DNA from: Camelus dromedarius
Lineage: Eukaryota
Reading direction: 5' to 3'
Assembly: GCF_036321535.1 (NCBI RefSeq)
Contig: NC_087436.1
Location: 32,862,001 to 32,926,000, forward strand
DNA: 64,000 nucleotides
In this document: positions 26,811-39,920 of the stretch, piece by piece
Layout: each line of letters begins with the position of its first letter
Position numbering within the stretch: position 1 is the stretch's first letter
The notes under the pieces: generated by a model
What the model saw: only the letters and a program-made list of their open reading frames with translations
What the model was told of the DNA's origin: nothing
The model's database searches: none
Program-made: the position numbers and the translations under genes

Positions 26811-27167
26811 GCAGATGACATTTGATGAGATAGCTTTCCCAAGATATCTGGACCAAGTCTATTGGAAGTTTGTCACCAAACCTTTGATGATGTCATAAAG
26901 CTTTACATGATTTTAAGTATTTATGATCTTGATAGCATACGGACTTAGATTTTTTAAAAAAAAGGGCCTGAGAGTTCTCCCTCCTACTTGTTACTCAAAT
27001 GTGAACTCAGTAGATTTCCAATCTGTGCACTTACCTTCCAAAATGAGATACTATACCCAGCAAAGTTTCTTCCTGGCATTGAGGGACAAAAAGCCATTGA
27101 AGCCAGAAAACCTGACCTCTTGATGAGTGATGCTTTTAGAGAAAGAGCTTGATCAAAAGGAGGAGAG

Positions 27168-27514
27168 CACAACCCCCCCCCCCAAACAAACAAACAAAAA
27201 CCAAAAAATGGAAACCACAATTGAAATGAGACCAGAAAGAGAGGAGTTCTCATACCCTATGACCAAGCAGGGCTCAACAGAAAGAAAGACTCCTTTTCTG
27301 ACAAGGACTCAACCAATGAAGAACCATGAGCTCTTTGTTTACTATAACCCTCCTGGCTTCCTTTTATTCTCTACAAGCATGTGCTTCTCTTGCTGTGTGG
27401 GAACTTTCATGTGACTCATGATTGTAGATTCTGAATTGCATTTCTTTGCTGATCCCAAATATACTTAATGTTTGCTGGAGAAATATCTAGTAGTCTATTA
27501 GTTTTATGTCAACA
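27168..27514 (+). repeat. 3' LTR of the ERV1 provirus
   Basis: Follows the PPT, is homologous to the 5' LTR and ends ..GTCAACA. Its U3 start is replaced or obscured by C/A-rich low-complexity sequence. Confidence 0.85.
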
Positions 27515-27518
27515 AATC

Positions 27519-28010
27519 ATACATTTACTGCCTAAAGTTCTTTTCCCTAAATGAGACAGTAATCTCAAATTCCCTATGTTTAAAACTGAGTTCATGATAT
27601 TAACATCTGAATCTGCTTCTTCATTATTTCCCAGGTTAGTAAAAGCACAGCACCTCAGTTCATTTGCACATCTATTCATTCATCAAATATCTATTGTGTA
27701 CCTTCATTGTGTCAGACACTGATGGACATTGGAAATGCAAGGATGAATAGGAAGATCATAGTTGCTACCCTCACTGATTTTTCAGATCTTTTCCTTATCG
27801 TTTGCCCCTCACATCTAATCTGTTACCAAGTCCTTCCGTTCTACTAAAAACATATTTTGACTCAACCCGTCTTTCTCCATCTTTATCACCCAACTCCAAG
27901 TTACCATTATCTGTCAACTGAACTTCCATAGCATCACCATAAAGGGATTTTTGTTACACCATTCTTAACCCCTCTTCTGTTTATTTTCCCCACTGCAATT
28001 GTGGTAAAGC
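27519..28010 (+). mobile_element. LINE-2, right part; contains an antisense L2 3'-end fragment at ~27670-27785
   Basis: L2-like CCCCTCACATCTAATCTGTTACCAAGTCC.... The insert ATTCATTCATCAAATATCTATTGTGTACC...GTCAGACACTG is an antisense L2 tail. Confidence 0.7.
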
Positions 28011-28019
28011 TGTATTCTT

Positions 28020-28510
28020 AATTTTGTTTTTAAAATTCAAGTATAATTGATTTACCACATTATATTAGTTTCAGGTATACTGCATAATGATTCAATATTT
28101 TTATAGATTATACTCTATTTACAGTTAACAAAATATTGGCTATATTCCATGTGCTGTACATTACATCCTTGTATCTTATTTATTTTATACCTAACAGTTT
28201 GTATCTCAATTATTTTCCTGTATCTTGCCCCTCCACTCCCTCCTCACTGGTAATCTCTAGTTTGTTCTGAGAGTCTGTTTATGTTTTGTTATATTCATTC
28301 ATTTTATTTTTTAGATTCTACGTATAAATAAAAACATACAGTATTTTCATTCTGTCTGACTTACTTTACTAAGCATAATTCCATCCAGATCCATCCATGT
28401 TGTGGCAAATCTTTTTATGGCTGAGTAATACTACATTGCATACATATACCACATTTTCTTTATCCACTTATCTATTGATGGACGCTTAGGTTGCTTCCAT
28501 TTCTTGAGCA
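28020..28510 (-). mobile_element. LINE-1 3'UTR fragment (L1MA/L1MB-like)
   Basis: AAGTATAATTGATTTAC...TTAGTTTCAGGTATAC...CCATCCATGTTGTGGCAAAT...GATGGACGCTTAGGTTGCTTCCAT. Confidence 0.88.
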
Positions 28511-29049
28511 TGTGCTCAGGGAGTCCTAACAAGGTGATCAGAGCCCCAGGCAAAAAATGTGGTCAAAAATGGCAAATAAGACATCCAGAAGTTTACACAT
28601 GCCCCAGTGCAAGTCAAAAAAGGAGGCATTCTGATGGACTGAAAGAGTCCTGGGCACAGAGTCAAGTTTGAAGGGCACAGAAGGTGATAGACATCACAAT
28701 GGGAGGTCACAGCAGAGATTACAGAATTATCAGATTCTAGCACTAGTCCTAAGGAAATAGGTAATTTTGTTATATCAGGAGGAAACAAGGGATCAGAAGC
28801 CAATACCCAAAGACCAGGCAGAATGAGGCTGTATAGTTGAGGCCAACACAGGTATAGAATATGAGAATCCTTTTCTTTACTGCTGGAATGCTGTGTAGTA
28901 TATTATTTGTACCCAGATACCATCTCAGGGAAGAGAAGAGGGGAGAGAAATTGCAACAGGGAAGCATAGCCTTGAACTTTGAGCTGACTGAGTTTACATC
29001 CTGAATTAACTAGCACATCAAACCAAAAGTTTAGAGCCTGCCTTTTATA

Positions 29050-29245
29050 ATATGATGATTAAGATATTGGTTCTAAGCCAGCTTGACTGGGCTCAAGTCC
29101 CAGATCTGCCCCTTACTAGTGATGTAACTTTGCATAAGACTATTTATTTCTCTGTTTCTCAGTTTTCTCACTTGTTGTGAGGATTAAATATATTCATGTT
29201 ACAAAATGCCAGAATGCCACATAGTAAGTGTCTTAGTAAGCACTT
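29050..29245 (+). mobile_element. MIR SINE
   Basis: CTGGGCTCAAGTCCCAGATCTGCCCCTTACTAG...TCAGTTTTCTCA...TTGTGAGGATTAAAT. Confidence 0.75.
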
Positions 29246-31096
29246 AGTGTCAGGTTGCCTTAAAGACATACAGGAAGATTGTTTGTAGGGAAAAGTCGGT
29301 ATAGATTTTCTGAACCATGGTTTGATTATTTCTGTAAACTTTGGCTAGGCTAGTTCCCGTTCTGCCACAGGCTAAGCACTCTTTCCAGAGGCCACTGCTC
29401 TTCCTGTGAAAAATGAATGTGACACAGGTAACTGAATGCAACTGGCTAAATTTCTAGTTAATCTTCGCTTACTGATTTATGCCTCTGTGACACAACAAAC
29501 TCTAGACACTGAATTAGAAATCCAAGAACCATAGAATTTCCTCTTAAATTTTTCCATTAACTCCCCTTAGAAGATAAATATTAATCATGTGTTTGATGAT
29601 ATACTTTTATTCCTCTCATGACCATAATATTCAGTGCTGTTGTTTCTTGTCCTAAACTTATTGTCTTCAGGCTTGATTAAAAGACATAGAGGGAGATTGT
29701 CCTGTTTCAAACGAACATTGTGGAGAGGCCACTAGTTTGTCAGGCATTGTGCTAAACTCTAATGTGTGCTCTGGGTATCTTAAAATGAAAAGGAAATGGT
29801 CCTTGCCTAAGAAGCTCACCTGCTAAAATACAGTTCAGTGCAGCATTGTTAAGTTTTATAATATGTTGCCCTGATAACTACCATTGGGTGAAATGTGTGT
29901 GTGTGACTTGGTGAAAGTGGATCGCTCTTTCTCTCTCTTTTATCTTAATATATGTAGTCATCTATGAATGTTTTCTCCATTTACCCCTATTTTTTTGTTT
30001 TAGAATCACATTTTCCAAAGGTTCCCGAAAGCTTGTAAAATTGTCTAATGTTCCTAAATTTTTCTAAGATTTGATTGATAGAAATGCCCATAAAGAAGCT
30101 CCATTCTTATCCACTAAGTTAGAGATCCTACTCTCATCTCTTTTCTGTTTCATTTCCCACCATTTATCCCAAATCCTGAGAACCTGCAAAGTGCTGATGG
30201 CCAAGATTTTGAAGAAATCTTGGAATAGTCTTTAACATAACAGAAACTTAAGGCTCTATGATATCCGTTAATAAAATGCCCTGCATATTTTCTTTTTCCT
30301 TAATTGACTCCTGCTTCATTTAAGGAGGTGGATTAGGAACATAACTTCCAAAACCTTCACTATGTGGAGTTGAACATGTGGCTAGTCCTGATGTTGTCTC
30401 TGGGAGACCTGGGGCCAATTCTTTGAGATCTGAGGTCTCAAAGATTTCATTTCATTTGTACCCTTGCTTGAGCACCCCTCTGCTGTTGCTGAGGGCTTGT
30501 GATGATCTGTGAAGTAGATTCATATTGACTAGTGTCCAGGAGGACCTTCTGCTGTCGCTGCCATTAGGCTTTATCCAAGTTCTTGCAGGGCCATAGCTAC
30601 ATTGGATCATACTGTTCTGTTTTTTTTTGTTTTTTTTTTTTTTTTCAGACTCTTATAAAACTTCTGCTGATTACAAAGAAGGCAACCTACAACCTCTGTC
30701 TGCTATCTCAGGTTGGTCGTTCTGAATCACCAGAGGGTGATTCTCACCTACCTACCTTCCAAATAGCTGGTCAGATATTCATTGAGACCTTTTTTTTTCT
30801 GGTAGAAGCATCTACTTCCATGACTGAGCAAAAATAAGCTACTTCATTCAGTTTTTCAGCATTCTGAATCAATCTTTTTTTTTTTTTTTAAATAATGGTT
30901 AAACAAGCAAAAAGTGTTTTTTTCCTCTCAATTTTTTTTTTCTCATGGCACTTACATAGAGGTTTTTAGGGTAATTACCACAAGGAAAAATGATTCAAAA
31001 ATTAATTTTGGTGACTATGAGGGCCCAAATGAGAAAAGAAAAAAAAAACTACTGCATTTTTCTTTTGGCAGGGAGCAGAGAGTTCTATTAGATAGT

Positions 31097-31233
31097 GTTT
31101 TTTCATTTGTTTTAGAGCGAGGTAAGTAGGTTTATTTATTTTATTATTTTTTAAATGGAGGTACTTGGGATTGAACCCAGGACCTTGTGCATGCTAAGCA
31201 TGTATTCTACCACTTGAGCTATACTCAACCCCC
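31097..31233 (-). mobile_element. tRNA-derived SINE, camelid (Vic-1-like)
   Basis: On -: A box TAGCTCAAGTGG (31210-31221) and B box GGTTCAATCC (31168-31177), followed by AAATAAATAAACCTACTTACCTC and an A-rich tail. This matches the camelid SINE layout as I recall it. Confidence 0.85.
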
Positions 31234-34200
31234 ACTTATGGGGACAGGGTCAAACTAAATTTAAATGTAAGATGGCTAGAGTTTTGCCCATCAATTTAAC
31301 TGGGAATGTAGGAGCTGTGGAGTAAATTTAGATTTCTCTGTTCACAGCTTTGTATTTCAGTTACGTATTGTATAATGTAACACTGTACATCTGTAAAATG
31401 AAAGAGACTAGAAGATCTCTGAAGATTCAGGTTTAAGATGCTATCATTCCATGATTCTTTAACCTTTGAAGGAATTAGAGAAATAAAACTGTGATGCAGA
31501 TTGCATTTTTATCACTAGACGTGTTGACTGTCAGACCCTGAAGCAATTTTTATATCTGATACCTTCCTTTTGGCCCTGAGTGTATTGCTATCTAATTGGC
31601 CTTGGACTCATGGGTTATACTCTATTGACAAAATTGTATATCATTGGAGACTTTACAGCTCATCCTGACAGCACACTGCAGTGCCTCATAGATCTTAAAG
31701 TAAAGAAGTTTCTCTTATGGCCAAGGTTAAGTGCCTTTGAATGTATTGCCATTACCTATATTTTTCAGAAGTTCCAAAGCCCTTTTGAAAAAGCATAAAA
31801 AAATCCTTTTTTCTTTTGTTATTCTTGTACATGCTGTATTAAGATACACAATTCACTTCAAAGCATTAAAATATATTGTTGAGCTTCTGAATCTTAACAT
31901 TTTATACTAATTTACTAAGTGACTAGAAGTTATGTTTACCTTCTGTTTTGCTTTTCAAAAATCTACCTTTATTCTTTGAACTCCTATGTACCTGACTAAA
32001 TGTGGAGTCAACTGTCAGTTCTGAAACAAGGCAGCTTTTAGGAATGGATAGATTAATAAAGATGACGATAAGAACTCATTGGCACTTACGATTGAAGGCC
32101 TGTGGGGTTCTTCTCTTGGCTCATATGAGTCTGTTTTACTCTGGTAAGAATTGTAAATAATGATTTTACCTGTAAATTTAAGGAAAATGTACTTTTGATG
32201 GGCTTGTTATGTGACACCTTGAAAAGCTGTAAACATGCACTGAGCTATGACAGCCAGCTTTCACTATGAAATAACTAGTTCCACAGCATTGCCCATTACT
32301 TCTTTCCCTTTTCTTGCTGGACTATAGGGTTGCTCCTCATAGCATTTTCTCCTTATTTTTCTGGTATAATGAGTAACATATGGCACATATCAGCTTCCCT
32401 GAGGTTTCAGTGTTTCAGTGCAGCTGAAGTGACTTGCCAGATTTTCTTATTTTTCTATCGTTCTTATAGTGATTTTTGCATTCTCCTTCCTGTTTCACAA
32501 GTAGAAAAAAAAAAAGATGCACCAATGGTTACCAACATTAGTGCTCATTGATCAGGTTGTGGGTTCATAACCCCTTAGGTGAGCAGTTTTTACTTCCCTC
32601 TTTCCTGATTCAGTGCAGGCAAGGGAATTTGAGCAAGAGCCAGGACATGTGGCAGCCCTTAAGTTTCTTCCAAATTTTATGAGCTCAGAATCTAATGTGG
32701 AGTCCACCCTTCTATCGCTGGTCTTGACATCATAGAATTTACACTACCACTCTGCCCTTGAAACTTGGAAATTGCCTATTATCCAGGTCACTGGAGGAGT
32801 TTGCTGATTGGTTCTGAAGCTGCTATTTGGTAACAGTTCAAAGTGTAATACAGAGACCTCGTCTCCCAAATTCTGTCTTGTGTACTCTCTTCTATACAAC
32901 AGGGTGTAATTTTGCTTGTGGTGTGTGTAAGCGCCTCTTCCCAGCATGCCCTCATCTAAACATGCCTTTCCTGTGCCAGATACTATTATGCTTTATCAAT
33001 GTAATATTTTCAAGCCTTTAGTTATGTAGCTGTGCCAGGTATGCCTAATTTTTCTGTTCATCTAAAAAATAGCGTATGTTATTATAAATAGAATGTGCAT
33101 TTGGAGATGGAAATACACTGTTCATTAGGTATACCAGTACAAACCATTGGCCTCTGGCCATTCTTCTCTAATGGTGTAATTTCCATACCCCAAGGGATAT
33201 GGTTATGTATCCTCTCTTTATTTTGAAGGCTGTAATTGTAAACACATGTCTTTGACTGGATACCTTATATCAATAGCTTTCATCCGCTCTGCCAGAAGAC
33301 GTGAACAGTGCAATGCAACATCAAAGGAAACTCAATGAAACATTGTTCTATTATTTGAGATATATTTGGGCTGGGCTTATACTAGCTTATGGCTAGATTT
33401 GAAAATCAAACCTTGGGCTAAGGCTGAGAAGTTTAAGGGGAGTAACCTTAGTACCAAACAGATGAGATAAAAATGATGGAGTAAAAAGAGTTCATTGTAG
33501 TCATCTGCATGGCAAAACCACCAAATCTAACATACATAAACCAGAGTCTATTATCAGTCACATGCATTTACTTTATTTCCTTTATAATTTTCCAGATCTG
33601 TCTGAACTAATTTGTGAATTTTCAGTGGAAAAGTTCCTCTAATTTCTCTCTTTACTTTCATTTAGAAGGCATCCTTTGTGAATCTATGGCCTGGTTATAT
33701 TCAGTAAAAGCTAGTTACAAGTAAACAAACACCAAATTCTCTAGTGATCACTTGGCTTGGAGCACAAGTTTTAAAAGTTGATTGATGATTGGTCACTCTT
33801 AGATATTTTTAGTCTTTCTTCATGTACAAATGTTCTGCTAAATAAAACCCTATTTTTTTCTCAAGAGAAAAAAAACCTATTAACAGTGAGTAGTAAAAAC
33901 TGAAGTAAAAGTTTTATGTTTATGTAGAAGTCATTGATTCTGTACTCTTTTTTTGGTATTAAATATCTTCTATTAATGAGGCTGTGCCAAAACAGTTCAA
34001 AATTTTGAGAATTTTTTCTCCGAGTTTTATAGGTCTCTTCATAAAAAAAAAAAAACCCCAAAGATTGTCTATTTGTGGAGTTGTACTTATTTTTCTGGAA
34101 CGTTTTTGTAGAATTCCAGCAGATCTGCTATACCCTTCGGGAGTTCTATCTCTACTATTAGTGCTCCATGTTCTAGGGAGGTGCTGTGGGAACCTTTCTA

Positions 34201-36369
34201 AAAGTAATATAGAACTTAGAGTTTAAGGGCATAAGGACAATCGTGGAGAAAGGTGGATGTGATGCCTTCATGATTGGTACCAGAACAGCAGATGTCATGA
34301 GCCTTTGTTCAGAGGACACATTTGTGCCTCCTGGTCATACTACGTTATGCAAAAGAGGCTGAGTCCTTATTCCCTACTTTCCATCCTATTACTAGTATAT
34401 TTTATTCAAGAAAGATCTCTTTTAATCAAGAGAAAGTCTTTTTTTTTTTTTTTTAACATGGAAAATGACTTTAGAATGATGGTCATTCACCAACTAAAAT
34501 ACTATATTTTCCTAAGTGTTTAATAATGTGTTTTTTACTAATATAAAGTTAGGCTGAGTGACAAAAAGCTTCTGTAAGGATTTAATCACATTGTGGCTAA
34601 AAAAGAGGATCACACATAATTTAGTTATAATAGGGAATCAATATTTTAAAAATCTAGTTGTTTCTTAAAGAAATTTATGAGGATTCACAGTATGATGACA
34701 TCTGTGGTTTTAATACATCCAGTGAAACTTCAAGTCCTTGCAGCAATGTTTCCTTACATTTTTCATGTTATGGCACCCACATAAAATGACAGATCTCTGT
34801 GCCACATTAGAGCAAAGTGCTGTGATCAAAGACTGGGGTGGATTGTTGCCTACTTGCCCTAACAATTGAAAGACTGATGTGTGTGTCCTTAGATTGTACA
34901 TTTCTTTCTATCCTTTCTTATTTTGTTTCCTTATTGTAATTTATTTCAGATCAGTAGGAAAAAGAAGATGTTTTTAATTTGTAGATTTCCCATTGATTTA
35001 AGGGGATATCACTTTAGGCAAATTATTCTCAATTTCAAACCTCATGTTCCAATTAATAGATGTTCTGTTGGTTTAAAAGGTAGGGCTTATTTCTTTAAAA
35101 TCAAATCTAACCATGCTCTGGTTAGCCCACAATGCCTAGCAGAATACCGTCAGCCTGATTAGTAGTCACACCATAGAAACTGATGTTGAAAATAGCACAT
35201 ATAAACCAAAAATTGGAAAAGAAAATAATGTGCTGAAAGTTTGCAATGAATTTCTGCTTCATTTGCTCCAGTTTTAATAGATTCTGTATATTTTGCTATT
35301 TTGAAAAATAAAGTTTATTTTCAGTTAAGTTTCAAAGCTTGGTGACCTTGAACCTTGAATTTTATTATATTAATTTCAGTGTGTTGGTTCTTACAGATAT
35401 TTGAACTATCCCCTTTTCATTTCTCATTTTTCTTTTTTGAAATTTCTTTACTTTCTTTACTCCTTCACTCCCTCCTGACCTCTAGTTCTTTCTCCCTTTC
35501 ATTTTTCTGTCTTTTCCACAAAAAATAGTTTCTGAATTTTTAAGTCAGTCCCTAAAGACAAGAGCAAAAGCCTAGCATTTGAGATGTGTGTGCAGGAGAA
35601 TTTTTAGAAATATGGCAGTTTTTATGTTTCTTTTCATTTTTTTCTTTTTATTTCAGAAAGTTAAAAGTATTGAATTCATTAAGGATGACTTTCATTTGGT
35701 TAACTTCTGTTGTAATAAAAAAATTCATAAAGATGGAAAACCATTCAGAAAGGGAGTTTTATTTAGATTATGAATCAGGTTAACGTTTTCAGTGTATGTT
35801 TTAATTGGAAAGGGTAACCCTTGAACACAGTTTGTATTCATTTGGTTTCTGTTCTTCAAACATTTTACATTTAGCAGCCTCTAGAAGTTATTATTCATTT
35901 ATTTGATTTATAAAATGCACTCATCATCACCCTGGCCCCTGTGTGTATTTACAACAGTGATGCATGAATTTAATGAATACAATGTTGCTTGATTCTCCCC
36001 CAGCAAGTAGATTCCTCACCTCCCTCCTGTAGCCACCATGAAACAGGAGAGTAGCCAATTGGAACAGATGGACCATGCAAATGGGTTTTAAAGGAGAAAT
36101 TTAAATTGTTGTTGTACCTAGAGAGGAAAGGAGTCTATACGAAGTATCTTTCTCTTGCTATTCAGGTGGATGGAACCTTCAACAAGCATGTGCTACTTTA
36201 CCTACACAAGTAAGGTTATCCCTCCTCATCCCGAAAAAGAGCCAGGACAGCAAAAATAAATTTTAGAATATTTCATTTACATATTAGGCAGCCAAGAAAC
36301 ACTGCAGTGCAAGTGACATGAACCAACACAGCCAATATCTTTCAAATGTTGCTTTAAAAACATTTTTTT

Positions 36370-36605
36370 TTTTTCAGATTTCAAGTTATAGGGAGTGAGG
36401 GCTAATAGAATAATTAAATGCACACAACTGGATTCATCTTGCTTTGATTTAAATCCCGATCTTTCTGAAGTTTTTTTCATCTGTAAAAGGATAAAATAGT
36501 ACCTAATTTACTGGATTGTTGTGTAGATTTAATGATATGGTACATACAAAGTGTCTCTAACAGGAATGGCACATAGGAGGAGCTCAATAAATGTTAGTAG
36601 TAGTT
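36370..36605 (+). mobile_element. MIR SINE
   Basis: TTTTCATCTGTAAAAGGATAAAATAGTACC...GGCACATAGGAGGAGCTCAATAAATGTTAG. Confidence 0.75.
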
Positions 36606-39419
36606 TTTCGTGGAAATTATAATTAGAGAGTTACCTGCCTTGGAGGAGGCCTAAGTGACGAGTTTTCCTACTCTATAACACACATTAAAATATAAGTAAT
36701 ATGCTTCCATCATTGAAATATTTTCCCTGACTGATGAATATTGATGAAAAGTTTCTGGACAAACTCATGGTATTACCAACATAAGATGAACTGATTGCCA
36801 TGAAAATTTTAACCGTGTTGACAGTGGTGTTGATAAAACCTGAAAATAAGATCTCTGGACCACACAGTATGGGGGAGTAATGCTGATTATCCTCATAAGC
36901 TATTTGCATCTCTCCATCTACCCAATAAGAGATGAAATACATTTTATATATAAGCAAAAGTATTCCATTAATCGTTCACAGTAGGGATGAGTTTCATAAA
37001 TTGACAGTTTGGGGGCCACGGGGAATAGAGTAGCACGTGAGAAACCTTAGAGGGTATTTACTCTGTCTTGTGAAACATTTATTTATTCTGAGACAGAAGC
37101 TACTGGGTGAGCACGTAGGATATATAGTCTCTTTTATTCCCAATATTTTCCCTTTTATTCCTTTTTGTGTTTGTAGGGATACACATGTGATAGAGAAAGG
37201 CCCTCTCCACTCTAGAAAAATTCATAGACACTGAGCAAGTCCTCAGACCCAGTCTGTAGTTTGTGGTTTAAATGGTAGTGTCTGTGGGAAGATTGGCTTG
37301 AGGGGTGGAGGGAGGGGAGGAGAACAGGGTTCACCACAGCATTTATGCCCTTGTTACTTATCTTTTGATTTGATTAGAACCCAGGTGTAAGATTCTATTT
37401 CAGCATTACATGTGAAGAAATGAAAAATTAATTGAATAATTGTGTCTTTATTTAACTCCAAAATATTTATTTAAAAAGAGAGAATAATTAATGTTTGGTT
37501 ATTCACTGTATAAACAGTTATAAATAATTATATGAGTACTAAATAAATTTCCCCTTTTTCTCACATATTTTTATTTATTTAGCATTTACTTCCTTTTTTT
37601 CCTTGTTTGCATTTCAAATGTAAAGTATACTCATAACAGCAACATCTCTCATTCAAATTCTATGTTTTTTTAAAATTGGTATATAAAGGTAACTTGTCCC
37701 TACTTTCCCCATACAAAGTTGAGATTAATTGATTAGACAGATTCTGTCAGACATTTTCTTTATGAAGGCAGACCCTTGCTTCCCTTAGATGGACAGCTTT
37801 GGGATTTGGGACTGGCTTCGTGTGAAGGTTGGTTCCTTAGATCCACCTGGGAAATTGGATTCTTCTATGAGGTGTAGGTCATTTCATGGCAATTCTATAA
37901 TGGGATTTGGGAACCAAAGTGTCTTCTAGTAATAAAAGGCTCCTTGGCCCAGGTCATAGTCTTTGAAGATTTTTTTTTATTAAGGCGTGGCTCATGAGCA
38001 GCCAGAATTCATATATTCCATAGCCCTTAGGCAACTACTACCTCCTAATGAAAACCACGTGTCCTTATCTGTTGCTGTATTATATAGTGAACCTCAATTC
38101 CTGAGTGTGGTGGATAGGTTTTTGTTTTCAGTGTCATCATTTGGGAAAATAAGACTAAAATTCATTGGTGATTATTATTTTCTTCTGCTCGATAATCTTC
38201 AGAATATGGTTGGTCCAATCTTTTGATTTCTATTATCCCCATCTGCATGGACTGTAGGGCTCACTACTTATGTAAAGAACACTGTGTAATTGAGCCTACA
38301 GAAAACACACCAGTGGGGAGGATTTTCATTAAGATGGAAATGTCTGTAATATGTAGCCATGGGAATATGCATAACTTCTCTTAAGGGGCGTCTCTGGTGC
38401 CTGCCTGGTGCTAATTTTCAGAAGGAAAAGCTTTGAATTGCATGTGAAAGAAATTGTGGAATATTTCCCTTCTGAAATTTAAAGTTTTGTGACACTCCCA
38501 AATCCAATAGAAGACAAGAGAAAAGATTGTATGAATTCATGAAACCAAGTATGTTTGACTTTATTCCATGTTTAACAACATGAATATGAAGTAAAAGAAA
38601 ACATCTTCCTGCCACCAAAAATGCACTTATTTAACAAGCACTAGTTGGGAGAGGATGTGACTCTTCTAAAGGATTCTAGTCCAGACACTTATTGTAATAT
38701 GGGATAATAACATGTCTTCTAGATTCTAATTCTTTGGGGTGCAGTTGAGTTGTGGTTTTTACTTTAAATGTTCAGTGGAATGCTGAGATGAATCCTATCC
38801 TGTTTCTGTCAGCAAGAGGTTTCCCACCATGTGTACTGGAACTAGGCCTATTATCTCTGTTAATTCTTTTGCCTTTACAGCAGCACAATACTAATTCTGA
38901 CAGGTTGGTCAGTGTCATATTTGTTCCCAGCTAATTTCATTTTTAGATTCTGAGGCAGTAGAGGAATGAGGAATGGTGTGATGATATAGCTGCCTTTCAT
39001 TTAATTTTTATTGTTGTTCAGATATTTACACCTATTAGCATGAGTGTAACCAGATATTTTATTCTCTTCTGTTCTTTGTGATTTGTAGGAGAATACATAC
39101 TTATGGAAATTATGATATAATCTTTATTTTTTTAGTTGTGGAAACAATTTTTGAAGTGAAGTTTACATGGAAGCTTAACCTATAACAAAAGATGAAAGTG
39201 AAGATAGATGGGGGTCCAGTGTCTCTACTTGATCTCCTTCTTGCATGAGTCCTAAGAAAAAATTTTCCCTTAGTATTTGGCAATATTTTAAAGTGTTAGA
39301 GGGAAATGAAATTGCTGAGATCAATGTTAATCTTTTCTACAGCCATTGATGTAGTCAGTCATTCAACAATTATGTGTAGAAAGTCCACTGTCTGCGAGAT
39401 TGTGTTATCATGCTGCCAC

Positions 39420-39920
39420 TGCTACTAACCGTAATAACTAGCATTCAGTGATAGTTTATTGCATGTATCAGGGGTGGATAATCTCAATTCTCTTAATTCT
39501 ATTAAGTAGACACTATGAGCATGTCAGTTTTACAGTTGAAATAACTGAGGCTCAGAGGAGTTAAGAACCATGTTCAAGGTCAGACAACTGGTAAATAGGA
39601 GAGCAAGAGATTTTTAGACTGGTAGTTTGATTCTCATCCCAGACTCTTAGACATCATGCTCCCTCCCTATAATAATATCAAACACTAATTTAAGGCCTAC
39701 TGTGTCCAGGCTAAACACTTGTACATGTATTCTCTTTTTATACTTTCAAAATTTCTATGTGTGGACATTACTATTATTATTATCCCTTATTTTATGCTAA
39801 GGGAAATGAAAACAAAAACAAAACAAAAAACCCCCAAAAAACTCCCTAAGATCCCAAACCAGGTGGTGGCAGAGTTGATAGGAACCCAGAAAGCATATGC
39901 ATGCTCTTAAATACCATTCT
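39420..39920 (-). mobile_element. Two adjacent MIR copies
   Basis: CAGTTTTACAGTTGAAATAACTGAGGCTCAGAGGAGTTAAG...AAGGTCAGACAACTGGTAAAT; second copy ATTATTATCCCTTATTTTATGCTAAGGGAAATGA. Confidence 0.75.

Larger units (their letters stand above)
22030..27514 (+). mobile_element. Decayed ERV1-class (gamma/epsilon-like, MER4/PRIMA-group-like) provirus: LTR-gag-pro-dRT-RNaseH-IN-LTR, no env
   Basis: Perfect 4-bp TSD AATC (22026-22029 / 27515-27518), paired LTRs ending in CAACA, PBS-like TGGTGG.. at 22367, PPT AAAAGGAGGAGA at 27155-27166, and gag/pro/RNaseH/IN motifs. Confidence 0.92.

Noticed and set aside
31150..31233. tRNA gene
   Set aside because: The A/B boxes belong to a SINE head with a SINE-specific tail; no intact cloverleaf.
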